From NCBI GenBank assembly GCA_963740575.1, contig CAVUET010000003.1, positions 870,887-934,886 of the forward strand: a stretch of 64,000 bases of DNA, in the 5' to 3' direction. Below are positions 49,511 through 58,932 of the stretch, one piece after another. This stretch comes from an uncultured Actinomycetota bacterium. Lineage in GTDB: Bacteria > Actinomycetota > Actinomycetes > Actinomycetales > Kineosporiaceae. Below the pieces are notes generated by a model. The model ran no database searches. It had not been told where the DNA came from and was given only the letters and a program-made list of their open reading frames with translations. Position 1 is the stretch's first letter. Each line of letters begins with the position of its first letter. The position numbers were made by a program, and so were the translations under genes.

Positions 49511-50495
49511 TGTTCCAGGCGGCCGGGAAGGACAGGAACAGCAGGAACGCCGTCACCAGCAGCAGCTGGGCGATGAGCATGGACTGGGACTTCTCGGCGG
49601 CGGTGCCGGCGGCCTCGGCCAGCTCCCGGCGGCGCAGGCTCTCAGCGCGGGCGGTCAGCGAGGAGCGGATCTTCGCGCCCTCGTCCCCGGCCAGGGTCAG
49701 CGCGCCCGCGAGATCCCGCAGCTCGTCCACGCCGATCTCCTCGCCCAGGCGGCCCAACGCCTCCCACGGGGTCAGCCCGATCAGTCGCGCCCCGGACAGC
49801 GCCTGCCGGATCCGGGCCATCGCCCAGTGGTCCCCGATGGTCGCGCTGGCCACCAGCGCCTCGGGCAGCCCGCGCCCACCGGCGAGGTTCATGGCGACGA
49901 GGTCGAGGAACGAGCCCATCACGTGCCGGAAATCCTTGCGCCGGCGCTGCGCCTCACCGTGCACCTGGGCGTCGGGCAGGAAGAACGCCACTGCCGCCAG
50001 TGCGAGCCCCACGACCACGGGAACCGTCCCGGGCAGCGGCAGGCCGAACAGCCGCAGCGCGGCCCACAGCAGCGGCATCCAGACCAGGGCGCCGACCGCG
50101 AAGAACAGCTTGGTGGCCAGGTGCGCGCCGAGCGGCCGGGCGAGCACGCCGAGGTCGGCACGCAGCCGCGGCAGGCGCAGGCCACGCTCGTCCGCCCACG
50201 TCTCCAGCCGGCCGCCGACCCGGTCCCGCAGCCGGTCCACGGCGTCCTGCCGGACGGGCACCTGCTCGGCCGGCCCGAACCGCCGCCGGCCCGCGACCCG
50301 CGCGGCGTCCAGCCGGGCCAGCCGGGTACCGATCCCCGGCTCGGGCCGGAACAGGGCCTGCACCAGCAGATACAGCCCCAGCCCGACGACCGCTCCGGCG
50401 ACCAGTGCGACGGTCATGATGCCTCGCCGGCGGTGGTCCGCCGCATCAGCAGGAAGCGCTCGGGCTGCTCGAACCGGGCCAGCCTGCGCAGCCAC
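49494..50495 (-). CDS. tadC: TadC (T2SS-F domain) pilus assembly membrane protein
   Basis: T2SSF-type helical membrane protein in the Tad gene order. Confidence 0.75.
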   Translation of the reverse strand: MAAQAGPVRAARALPADAADHRRRGIMTVALVAGAVVGLGLYLLVQALFRPEPGIGTRLARLDAARVAGRRRFGPAEQVPVRQDAVDRLRDRVGGRLETWADERGLRLPRLRADLGVLARPLGAHLATKLFFAVGALVWMPLLWAALRLFGLPLPGTVPVVVGLALAAVAFFLPDAQVHGEAQRRRKDFRHVMGSFLDLVAMNLAGGRGLPEALVASATIGDHWAMARIRQALSGARLIGLTPWEALGRLGEEIGVDELRDLAGALTLAGDEGAKIRSSLTARAESLRRRELAEAAGTAAEKSQSMLIAQLLLVTAFLLFLSFPAAWNILHST

Positions 50496-51310
50496 GCCAC
50501 CCCGGCTCCGAAGAGCAGGATGACCACGGCGAGCACGACCTGGCCGAGCAGGCTGCGGTAGGGCGCGACGTACCCCGGGTTGAGCAGGGTCAGCATCCCC
50601 GCGACGCCGAGGGTGATCGCCACCACGATCTGCACGCTGCGCCGGGTGGACCGTCTCTCGGCCTCGACCCGGCGCCGCATGTCCAGCTCCTCGCGCACCG
50701 ACGAGGCCAGCGCGGTCAGCACCTCGCGCAGGCCCGGTCCGCGCAGCCGCGCGTTCAGCAGCAGGGCCGCCACCACCAGGTCGGCGGACGCGTCGTCGAA
50801 GTCCTCGGCCAGGCGGCGCAGCGCATCCGGCATCGGCTGGCGGATCCGGAGCCGGTCGACGAGCAGGTTCAGGGCCGGGCGGATCAGCGGGGAGGCGGTC
50901 GCGGCGGTGGCCGGGATCGCCTGCTCCAGGCCCACCGCGCCGGCGATGGTGTCCCGCAGCGACTCCGTCCAGGACGCCAGCGCGTCCAGCCTGGCGATGG
51001 CGCGACGCTCCTCGGCGGCACCGCCGAAGAAGCGATCCCAGAGCGACACCAGGCCGCCGAGCGTGACGGCCAGCACCAGCCAGCGGGTGACCATCAGGGT
51101 CACCACAGCCACCGCCACGCCGGCCAGCAGCAGCCGCGGCCGGGCCCCGATCCGGGCCGCGGGGCGCGCGCCCGCGCCGGGCCGTCCCGGATCGCGCGGC
51201 GCGAACCCGACCACGGCCGCCTGCACGAACAGCAGCACGCCGGCACCGGCCAGCGCACCCGCGGCGACGGCGATCGGCAGCTCCAGCTCGCCGCCCAGGG
51301 GCAGGGTCAT
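50414..51310 (-). CDS. tadB: TadB (T2SS-F domain) pilus assembly membrane protein
   Basis: Starts MTLPLGGELELP. ATGA overlap with the tadA stop. Confidence 0.75.
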   Translation of the reverse strand: MTLPLGGELELPIAVAAGALAGAGVLLFVQAAVVGFAPRDPGRPGAGARPAARIGARPRLLLAGVAVAVVTLMVTRWLVLAVTLGGLVSLWDRFFGGAAEERRAIARLDALASWTESLRDTIAGAVGLEQAIPATAATASPLIRPALNLLVDRLRIRQPMPDALRRLAEDFDDASADLVVAALLLNARLRGPGLREVLTALASSVREELDMRRRVEAERRSTRRSVQIVVAITLGVAGMLTLLNPGYVAPYRSLLGQVVLAVVILLFGAGVAWLRRLARFEQPERFLLMRRTTAGEAS

Positions 51311-52614
51311 GCCCACGCCCCGGCGGGTGCGGTCCAGCCGTACTCGGTCAGGTCGGCGGCGCAGGCGACCGGAGCGAACGGCACGCCGCGCCCGTCCCGG
51401 CCGGGGGCGAACACCTCCGAGGACAGCACGCGCTCGCCGTCGAAACCGGTCACCTCGCGCACGCTCTCCACGTAGCGACGCATCCGTCCGCCGTGCACCC
51501 AGTCGTTCCGCTTGCGCAGGAACAGGACGAAGTTGAGCGCGCCGGCGATCAGCATCTGGCTGGCCTGGATCGGCATCCGTTCCTGGGACTGGATCGCGTA
51601 GGTGATGATCCGGTTGAAGACCTCCAGGGACGAGTTCGCGTGGATGGTGGACAGCGACCCGTCGTTGCCCTGGCTCATCGCGTTCAGCATGGTGACGATC
51701 TCGTCGCCGAGCACCTCGCCGACGATGACCCGGCTCGGGTTCTGCCGCAGCGACCGGCGGACCAGGTCGGCCATGGTGACGGCGCCGAGCCCCTCGGAGT
51801 TCGGCAGCCGCTCCTCGAACGCCACCACGTTGGGATGCAGGTCCGGGAACTCGTCCAGCCCGAGCTCGAGCGCCTTCTCGACCGTGACCAGCCGCTCGTG
51901 CGGGCCGATCTCGTTGGCCAGCGCGCGCAGCAGTGTGGTCTTGCCGGCGTTCGTCGGCCCGGCGATCATCAGGTTCTTCCGGGCGGCGACCGTGGCGCGC
52001 AGGAAGTCCGCCAGCTCGGGCGTGATCGACCCGTTGCCGACCAGGTCGGCCAGGAACACCTTGCCCAGCCTGGCCTTCCGGATGGACACCGACGGGCGAC
52101 GGCAGACGCCCTGCACCGCCGACAGCCGGGAGCCGTCCGGCAGCCGCAGGTCCAGCTGCGGGTTGGCGCTGTCGAACGGGCGCGAGGTCAGCCCCGAGTG
52201 GGCGGCCAGGACCTGGACCAGTTCGACCAGCTCCTCGTCGGACTCGGCGACCGCGCCGACCATCTCCTCGCGGCCGTCGGCGTACTGGACGAAGACCTGG
52301 TCGCAGCCGTTGACGTCGATGTTCTCCACGGTGGGGTCGTCCAGGAGCGGCTGCAGCCGGCCGACGCCGAACAGCGCCGCGTGCACGGCGTGCACGAGCT
52401 GGGCCTCCTGCGCCGCGTCCGGCGGCACCCGGCCCCCGGCGATCTCGGCCCGCGCGTGGTCCTCGAGCACCTGGACGATCAGCGACCGGGCGTACTCGCG
52501 CTCGTCCTCGTTCGACATCGGCGGAACGCCGACGGCCTGGTCCCGGCGGCGCTGCTCGCCGAGCAGCTCCGCCACCGAGACCCGCAGGCGGCGGACCAGG
52601 GCGTGCTCGATCAC
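51307..52614 (-). CDS. tadA: CpaF/TadA secretion ATPase
   Basis: Walker A IAGPTNAGKTTLLRAL. Reads ...RVIVGEVLGDE...HANS. GTG 52614 overlaps the tadZ stop (GTGA). Confidence 0.85.
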   Translation of the reverse strand: MIEHALVRRLRVSVAELLGEQRRRDQAVGVPPMSNEDEREYARSLIVQVLEDHARAEIAGGRVPPDAAQEAQLVHAVHAALFGVGRLQPLLDDPTVENIDVNGCDQVFVQYADGREEMVGAVAESDEELVELVQVLAAHSGLTSRPFDSANPQLDLRLPDGSRLSAVQGVCRRPSVSIRKARLGKVFLADLVGNGSITPELADFLRATVAARKNLMIAGPTNAGKTTLLRALANEIGPHERLVTVEKALELGLDEFPDLHPNVVAFEERLPNSEGLGAVTMADLVRRSLRQNPSRVIVGEVLGDEIVTMLNAMSQGNDGSLSTIHANSSLEVFNRIITYAIQSQERMPIQASQMLIAGALNFVLFLRKRNDWVHGGRMRRYVESVREVTGFDGERVLSSEVFAPGRDGRGVPFAPVACAADLTEYGWTAPAGAWA

Positions 52615-53423
52615 GAGATCGCCCTTCCCGCGTAGCGGACATCCGCCTGGCCGCCCGGGGGCTGGCCGGACAGCAACCCGGCCAGCTCGTGGCTGACCTG
52701 CGTGGCGGAGCGGATCAGATCGCTGCGCTCGGGCCGACGCACCGCCCGGCCCTCGAACAGGCCGGCTCCGACCGGGTCGAGAGCAAGTTGCCAGAGGTGG
52801 TCGGGCGGGGTCGCGGTCGCCGACAGCGCCCAGGCGGCGCTGCGGGCGTCCCGGTCCCCGGAAGCCTGCGTGATCATGATCACGCCGATCGCCGGGCCCG
52901 CGGAACGGATCGGGCGCAGCAGCGGCGTCAGGCTGCCCAGCCGCTCGCGGACGTGCACCACGGAGCCGATCGTGGGCCGACCCACCAGGATCACCGCCTG
53001 CGCCGCGACGGCCAGTGGCAGCACGGCGGCGTCGTGGGACAGCCTGCCCAGGTCGGCGATCACGTCCACGCCCGGCAGCCGCCAGATGAGCTGCGCCAGC
53101 GCCGGCCAGAACCCCTCCAGCCCGGCGCCCTGCTCCGGCCCGCGCAGCCCCGCCAGCACGTCGAGCCCGCCGCTGACCTGCTGGGTGTGGGCGCGGATCA
53201 GGTCCGCGCTCAACCCGTTGCGGCCCGCCGCGGCGAGGCTGAGCAGCCCGCGATCGGGGTTGACCGGTGCGCCGTCCACGCCGGGCATCCGGACGGCCAC
53301 GTCGCCGCCGGCCACGTCCGCATCGAGCAGCAGGACCGGCCGCGGCCAGAGCGCCGCCAGGGCCAGAGCCGTGGTGGTGACCCCGGGCGCCCCCTTCGCC
53401 GAGCCGATGGCGACCAGCGCCAT
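52611..53423 (-). CDS. TadZ/CpaE-like (MinD/ParA-fold) protein with a degenerate Walker A
   Basis: Reads MALVAIGSAKGAPGVTTTALALAA. TGATG overlap with cpaB. Confidence 0.55.
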   Translation of the reverse strand: MALVAIGSAKGAPGVTTTALALAALWPRPVLLLDADVAGGDVAVRMPGVDGAPVNPDRGLLSLAAAGRNGLSADLIRAHTQQVSGGLDVLAGLRGPEQGAGLEGFWPALAQLIWRLPGVDVIADLGRLSHDAAVLPLAVAAQAVILVGRPTIGSVVHVRERLGSLTPLLRPIRSAGPAIGVIMITQASGDRDARSAAWALSATATPPDHLWQLALDPVGAGLFEGRAVRRPERSDLIRSATQVSHELAGLLSGQPPGGQADVRYAGRAIS

Positions 53424-54142
53424 CAGAGGCCACCCACGACCGGCGTGGTCGACGGCGGCAGCAGCACGAGCGCGACCTGGCGCTGCACCGAGGCGGCCGC
53501 CACCGGGGCCGCCATCGCGGCCGGCACCAGCACGTTCACCACCGTGCTGCCGGTGCTGATGCTCCCGCTCGAGCCGAGCACGCCGGAGTCACCACCGCTC
53601 GCGCTCACCCCGATCACCCGCGCGGCGCCGACCAGCACGCCGGGATCTCCGTCGCCGCCGCGGGCCGGAACCCGCAGCACCCGGACGATGTCACCGATCT
53701 GGATGCCGCCGGCCGGCGCCTGCCCAGCGTCCACCACGACGCCGACCACGGCGCCGTCGGGTGGGAACGGCTGCTGCGACTCGATCATCTCCGGCGTCAG
53801 CAGGGCGCCGGCGAAACCGCCCACGGTCATGTACTGGCCGGCCACCTGGTTCAGCCGCGAGGCGGGCACGGCCCGCGCCCCGGTCCCCGCGATCCGCGCC
53901 GTCCGCAGGTCGCCCCTGGTGAGCCGCTGCCCGGGCTTGACGTCATGGTTGAGCACCACGTAGTCGGCGCGCTGGCCGGACCGGTACACGCCGAGCCCGC
54001 TGATCAGGCCCCCGCCGAGGATGAGCAGGACTGCGAGGGCGGCCAGGGCGGGGCGCCGCTCCCGGCGGATGGTGGGCAGCCGCCCCGGTCCGGGAGCCAC
54101 CGGTGGTGGCGCGACCGGTGTCCCGGAGGACGTCACCGACAT
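53423..54142 (-). CDS. cpaB: CpaB/RcpC-like Flp pilus assembly protein (SAF domain)
   Basis: TM helix ALAALAVLLILGGGLISGL, then SAF-like VKPGQRLTRGDL. GGGAGG Shine-Dalgarno before ATG 54142. Confidence 0.65.
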   Translation of the reverse strand: MSVTSSGTPVAPPPVAPGPGRLPTIRRERRPALAALAVLLILGGGLISGLGVYRSGQRADYVVLNHDVKPGQRLTRGDLRTARIAGTGARAVPASRLNQVAGQYMTVGGFAGALLTPEMIESQQPFPPDGAVVGVVVDAGQAPAGGIQIGDIVRVLRVPARGGDGDPGVLVGAARVIGVSASGGDSGVLGSSGSISTGSTVVNVLVPAAMAAPVAAASVQRQVALVLLPPSTTPVVGGL

Positions 54143-54345
54143 CCCGACCTCCCTGGTCATCGCGTCGAGCGACCGCGGCGACGGCCACTACTGCCCGCAC
54201 AGGGAGGACCCGGACTGCCGGTCACCCCGTACCGACGCTCCCGCCCGGAGGTCTCCCCGGGCGGGCCGATGGCGAGGAAGCATACCCAGGTCGTGTGTCG
54301 GGCCCGGTCGGCGATGTGGCGGGGCAGCGGTCGACGGAGCAGCGG

Positions 54346-55062
54346 TCAGCGGGCCGGACGGCAGGAGAACTCCGCCGTGTAGATGTGATCCACCCGCCAG
54401 GTGCCGCGCAGCAGCCGCATCCGCACGTCCAGCGCCGACCATCCGGACCCCGCTGCGGTACCGGTGGTCGTCGTGGGCAGGGCGGTCGTCGTGGGCAGGG
54501 GAGTCGCCGGGGTGGCCGGTGCGCCGGTGGCGATCCACTGCTCGGACGGCCCCCAGGAGCAGGCCCTGACCCGGGTCTGGCCGGCGACCCGGCGGACCCC
54601 GACCACGGCCCAGTGCACGCCCCGCGCCAGAGTCAGGCCCCGGGCCTCGGCCTGCGCGAGCCGGGTCGCCTGGTCCCGCTGCCAGGCCGGCGTCGTGGTG
54701 GCCCGGTAGGCCGGAAGCTTGGTGTCGGCCGTGCCCATGACCTGGGCCCATGCGGGCAGGTAGCGGGTCACTGCCCGCACCGCCGGGTCGCCCGCTGCGG
54801 CGACCACCGACACGCTGGCCCAGGCCTGCTGCCCGGGCGTCGCCGATGCCGGCGGCGTCAGCGCGGGCGAGCCGCCGCCCGTACCGCCCGAGGTGGCCTG
54901 ACCTGGCCAGGCGCTGCGGGAACGGGTGGCGGGGCTGGTGTCCAGGCCGGGCCCGGGCTGGACGCAGCCGATCAGCGAGAGCACCGGCAACGTCGCCACG
55001 AGCAGCGCCGGTCGCCGCCATCGCCGGGCGCCGCCAGAGGGTGCCTGCCTGTGGCCCACCAT
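54346..55062 (-). CDS. Lipoprotein (lipobox LSLIGC), paralog of 46922..47563
   Basis: Reads MVGHRQAPSGGARRWRRPALLVATLPVLSLIGC. The C-terminal domain is shared with the lipoprotein at 46922..47563. Confidence 0.5.
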   Translation of the reverse strand: MVGHRQAPSGGARRWRRPALLVATLPVLSLIGCVQPGPGLDTSPATRSRSAWPGQATSGGTGGGSPALTPPASATPGQQAWASVSVVAAAGDPAVRAVTRYLPAWAQVMGTADTKLPAYRATTTPAWQRDQATRLAQAEARGLTLARGVHWAVVGVRRVAGQTRVRACSWGPSEQWIATGAPATPATPLPTTTALPTTTTGTAAGSGWSALDVRMRLLRGTWRVDHIYTAEFSCRPAR

Positions 55063-55326
55063 CCAACTCCCGTCCGGGTTCAGCGCTCCCGCACGATACC
55101 GACAGCCACTGCGCGTGCCCGGATCGGGGCGCAGGGCACGGTCCGTCGGGAGCCGTCCGGCGCGACCGCCACCCATCGTCACGGATCCGTTGCCCGATAC
55201 GGCAAATGAGCCGGTTCCCGGCAGCGGAGGGTGACATCGGACGAAGCGGGTCACTATAGTGCGGCCGGCCCTCCGTGCAGGCGGGGTACGCACACAGGTG
55301 TCCACTTTCAACAGGGGAGACGGAAC

Positions 55327-55605
55327 ATGCCAGGCACTGTCGGTGCAGAACTGCAGACCCTCCAGATGCTTCACCGGACCTTCGTCGAGAAGTCCCAGGA
55401 GGCGCTGGACATCCGCAACAACGTCGACAGCGGCCTGCAGTCCGCCGTCTGGACCGGCAAGTACGCCGACGACTTCCGCGCCGCGTGGCAGGAGTACCGG
55501 CGCAACCTGGACAACCTTCAGACGGCTCTCGACGGGGCCGCCAACGACGTTCGCGCGAACCACAACAACATCGCCGCGGCCACCGGCGAGGGCGACCGGA
55601 TCTGA
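55327..55605 (+). CDS. WXG100-family (ESAT-6-like) protein
   Basis: 92-aa helical hairpin with a central WTG motif: ...LQSAVWTGKYADDFRAAWQEY... Confidence 0.7.
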   Translation: MPGTVGAELQTLQMLHRTFVEKSQEALDIRNNVDSGLQSAVWTGKYADDFRAAWQEYRRNLDNLQTALDGAANDVRANHNNIAAATGEGDRI

Positions 55606-55693
55606 TCGCCGGCTGACCGCCCCGGGCCGAGGTCGGCCCGGGGCGGTGGTCGTGCGCGTTGCCGGACTCTGACGGGACCAGCCGGGGGGCGGG

Positions 55694-56005
55694 ATGACCC
55701 AGACCGATCAGCCACCTCCGATGGTGGCCAACCCCTACAAGGCGGCGATCGGCCAGGCCATCGCCCAGGCCCGACCGGTCGCGGGCGCGTGCGCCAGCGC
55801 GCTGGACGAGGCGATCGCAGCGATGAAGGGGCAGGCGTGGGTCAGCACCACGGCCGACGCGTTCTTCGCGGCGCTGACCGCCTGCGACGGTGATGCGGCG
55901 CAGGCCGGTCAGGACTGCCTGGATGCGCTCCAGCACGCCCACGACTCCTGCCCGGATCAGGTGCCCGCGGGGTCGGCCTACACGCGCTGGCAACGGATGT
56001 TCTGA
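55694..56005 (+). CDS. Small helical protein, possibly the second WXG100-like partner
   Basis: 103 aa. Reads ...GQAWVSTTADAFFAALTA... Adjacent to the WXG100 gene. Confidence 0.4.
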   Translation: MTQTDQPPPMVANPYKAAIGQAIAQARPVAGACASALDEAIAAMKGQAWVSTTADAFFAALTACDGDAAQAGQDCLDALQHAHDSCPDQVPAGSAYTRWQRMF

Positions 56006-56058
56006 GCCAACGGATGTTCTGAGCCAACGGATGTTCTGAGCCAACGGATGTTCTGAGC
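55991..56058. repeat. Perfect 17-bp tandem repeat caacggatgttctgagc, 4 copies plus a degenerate fifth
   Basis: Directly visible. Copy 1 encodes the last residues and stop codon of ORF 55694..56005. Confidence 0.9.
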
Positions 56059-56096
56059 AGCGGATTCTCGGTGTCGGGCCGGTGACGGGGGTGTGA

Positions 56097-58241
56097 GTGG
56101 TGGCTGACGTCCAGATCAACATCCCGGCGATGCAGCGCCTCGTGGGGGCGGTGGAGACGGCGTTGGCCGACCTGCCCCGGCGCAAGGCCGGCCTGCAGGG
56201 GATCATGGAGCGCGTCTACGTGGACTCCTCCCCCGCCGCCGGGCTGGACAAGATCGTCACCTGGGGCCAGGGCGAGCTGCCCGGGCTGCGCCGCAGGCTG
56301 GCCCTGGCGATCTCGATCGAGGCGCAGAGGCCGGGGTGGCAGGCGACGGTGTCGATCCCGGAGTCGCAGCTGCCGGCCGACCCGCCGGAGGTGGCGATCC
56401 GGCGTGGCCAGCTCGCGGCGCAGGGCCTGAAAGACAGTCACGGCAAGCCCGACGACGACCTGCTGAACAGCATCCAGGCCGGCATGAACGACCCGTACTT
56501 CGCTCACGGGTTCGCCACCTCGATCACCCCGGCCGAGCTGGGCCAGGTGGTGCTGGCCGCCGGCCGCGACCGGGACAGCCTGGGCATGACCGGAACCGCC
56601 ACCGCGCAGGACTACGCCGACTGGGAGGCGCGCTACCGCCGGATGCTCACCGTGGTGGGCACCACGCTGGCCACCGCCACCCGCGGCACCGGCGATCTGG
56701 CCATGCCCGCCGATTACGCGCAGCAGTGGGTCACCGCCATCACCGACCCGCCGTACACCCAGCAGGGGCACTCCCCGCCCGGGTCCGGCGCCGCCGCGGC
56801 CATGTTCCTGCGCAACGGCGTCTATGCCACCCCGTTCCTGGACACGGTCAGTGTCGGCGTCTACGACTACGAGCGGGCCACCGCCAAGGACGGTCCGCTG
56901 TGGCGCCCCCGCTCGCAGATCGACAGCACGTACCTGGGCGCCTACGCCCCGGACGGAGGGCAGGCGTACGACCCGCTGGAGAGCGTCATGGCCGGCCTCG
57001 GTCACAACGCCGAGGCAGCCCAGCACTTCTTCACCGGCGGCGGCACCGAGAACATCACCATCCACGCGGGCACCGGCGACGTCACGGTGCCGGTGAACGG
57101 CCGGATGAAGTACCTGATCGACGACCGGGTCTGGCCGACCGAGAACGGCGACGGGCTGGGCAACGCACTGGAAGCGGCCAGCACGACCTGGCGCGACCGC
57201 GGCCCGCAGGGTCAGGTCTCGGCGCAGATCGCCTCCCAGGCGTTCGCCCTGATCGGTGACAAGACCGGGCAGGGCGCCCACGACGGCATCCGGGACTGGG
57301 GCCCCTGGGCGGACAACGGCTGGCAGATGCCGACCGCGATGCGCGACTCCGTGGCCAGGATGCTGTCCACCTACATGCCGGACGTGTTCCGGGTGGCGCC
57401 CGGTGGCAACAGCTCGGACACCCTCGGCGGCACCTGGTACTCCACCAGCAACCCCGGCTTCTTCCCACCCGACGGCGGCCCGTACGGCGCGGTGATGGAC
57501 AAGAAGCTGATGGAGAACCTGCTCGGCACGATCGGCCAGAACGACCAGGACGTCAAGGTAGTGCTGGCGGGAGCCGCGGCGACCTACCAGCTCCGGCTGA
57601 GCCAGTCCCTGGCGATGGAGCTGGGCAACAACCCGAACGTGCCCGCGCTGATGATCAAGGGCATGGCGGCGGGCATCACCTGCAGCGCGGCCAATGACGG
57701 CTCCACGGTGTTCGGCTTCATCGTCAACTCCGCCTACCAGGGTGCGCACGACGACGAGGAGCTCGCCAAGAAGCGGGCCGAAGCGCTCAAGGACATCCTC
57801 ACGGTGGCGTCCTCGCTGCCACCGCTGAAGATCGAGGCCGGCCCGTGGACGACGCTGGTCATCGACGAGACCAAGAGCCGGATCCTGGACAAGATCGGGG
57901 AGGGGCCGTCCTCGGACGCCTCGGGGACGTACTCCACCATGGACGAGGACACCAAGGCCTACCTGGAGGAGAACACCTTCAACGCCCTGCTGGCTGCGGG
58001 ATACCTCGAGCCGAAGTACTACGCGCAGGCCAACCGGGATGTCGGCGGCGCCAGCTACCAGCCACCCGATCCCGGCGCGTTCAAGCGGGACGCATCCGGC
58101 AACCCGGTCGACCCGCCGGAGTTCGACTTCGGCAGCGACGCGTTCAAGAACTGGTACCACACCTACGGCGGAACCGTACGGGCCTGGATCGACACCAACG
58201 TGGTGACCCCCTACAACAACGCCTGGTCCAACGTCGGATAA
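56097..58241 (+). CDS. Large protein of unknown function (714 aa) within the WXG100/EssC-like cluster. Candidate secretion substrate or accessory protein.
   Basis: Intact GC3-biased ORF with no recognisable domain and no signal peptide. It lies between the WXG100 genes and the EssC-like ATPase. Confidence 0.6.
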   Translation: MVADVQINIPAMQRLVGAVETALADLPRRKAGLQGIMERVYVDSSPAAGLDKIVTWGQGELPGLRRRLALAISIEAQRPGWQATVSIPESQLPADPPEVAIRRGQLAAQGLKDSHGKPDDDLLNSIQAGMNDPYFAHGFATSITPAELGQVVLAAGRDRDSLGMTGTATAQDYADWEARYRRMLTVVGTTLATATRGTGDLAMPADYAQQWVTAITDPPYTQQGHSPPGSGAAAAMFLRNGVYATPFLDTVSVGVYDYERATAKDGPLWRPRSQIDSTYLGAYAPDGGQAYDPLESVMAGLGHNAEAAQHFFTGGGTENITIHAGTGDVTVPVNGRMKYLIDDRVWPTENGDGLGNALEAASTTWRDRGPQGQVSAQIASQAFALIGDKTGQGAHDGIRDWGPWADNGWQMPTAMRDSVARMLSTYMPDVFRVAPGGNSSDTLGGTWYSTSNPGFFPPDGGPYGAVMDKKLMENLLGTIGQNDQDVKVVLAGAAATYQLRLSQSLAMELGNNPNVPALMIKGMAAGITCSAANDGSTVFGFIVNSAYQGAHDDEELAKKRAEALKDILTVASSLPPLKIEAGPWTTLVIDETKSRILDKIGEGPSSDASGTYSTMDEDTKAYLEENTFNALLAAGYLEPKYYAQANRDVGGASYQPPDPGAFKRDASGNPVDPPEFDFGSDAFKNWYHTYGGTVRAWIDTNVVTPYNNAWSNVG

Positions 58242-58263
58242 CCACCGGAAGGGGCTGTACCCG

Positions 58264-58914
58264 ATGCGCACCGCGACGAAGGTGGCGGTGGTCGCCGCAC
58301 TGACCGTGTCGCTGGCCGGATGTACGGGGAGTTCGAGCGGTGGCACGAGCGGCGGGACGAGCACCGCGACGTCACCGCAGCCGCTGGGCACCCACGCGAC
58401 CGGGTCCCTGCTGTGCGGGCTGATCCCGTCCGCCGCGGTCGAGCGGGCCACCGGGCGGACCCGCTACGACACGTACGGCCAGACCCTGCACAACCCCGGG
58501 AAGAGCGACTACGTCGGGACCTGCACGGTGGTGGACCGCAGCACCCGCGACACCCTCGTCGCCGCGAACATCCGCAGCTCCGACGCGGGGTTCGGGGACA
58601 AGGTGCGCTCCGAGGCCGCGGCGCACTCCCGGGAGTACACCTTCCCGGCCGCGCTGGGCATCGGCACCGCCCAGCACGAGGGATACCTGGCCCACAGCGG
58701 CAAGCAGCTGCGCGGCGGCCAGGCGTCGCTGCTGCGCGGCGACCGGGTGATCAACCTCGAGATCGACCTCGCCGCACCGGGCCGGGACCCGATGCCGGAC
58801 GCGGTCGCGCTGACCCTGCAGATCGCGAACGCGCTGGACCTGCCGGCCGGCCCCAGCCCGACCGACCCCACCCCGACCGACCCCACCCCGACCGGTAGCA
58901 GCACAGCCGGCTGA
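58264..58914 (+). CDS. Lipoprotein (lipobox SLAGC)
   Basis: Starts MRTATKVAVVAALTVSLAGCTGSSSGG. C-terminus has PTDPTPTDPTPT. Confidence 0.6.
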   Translation: MRTATKVAVVAALTVSLAGCTGSSSGGTSGGTSTATSPQPLGTHATGSLLCGLIPSAAVERATGRTRYDTYGQTLHNPGKSDYVGTCTVVDRSTRDTLVAANIRSSDAGFGDKVRSEAAAHSREYTFPAALGIGTAQHEGYLAHSGKQLRGGQASLLRGDRVINLEIDLAAPGRDPMPDAVALTLQIANALDLPAGPSPTDPTPTDPTPTGSSTAG

Positions 58915-58932
58915 CCCGGGCCGGCGGGGCGC

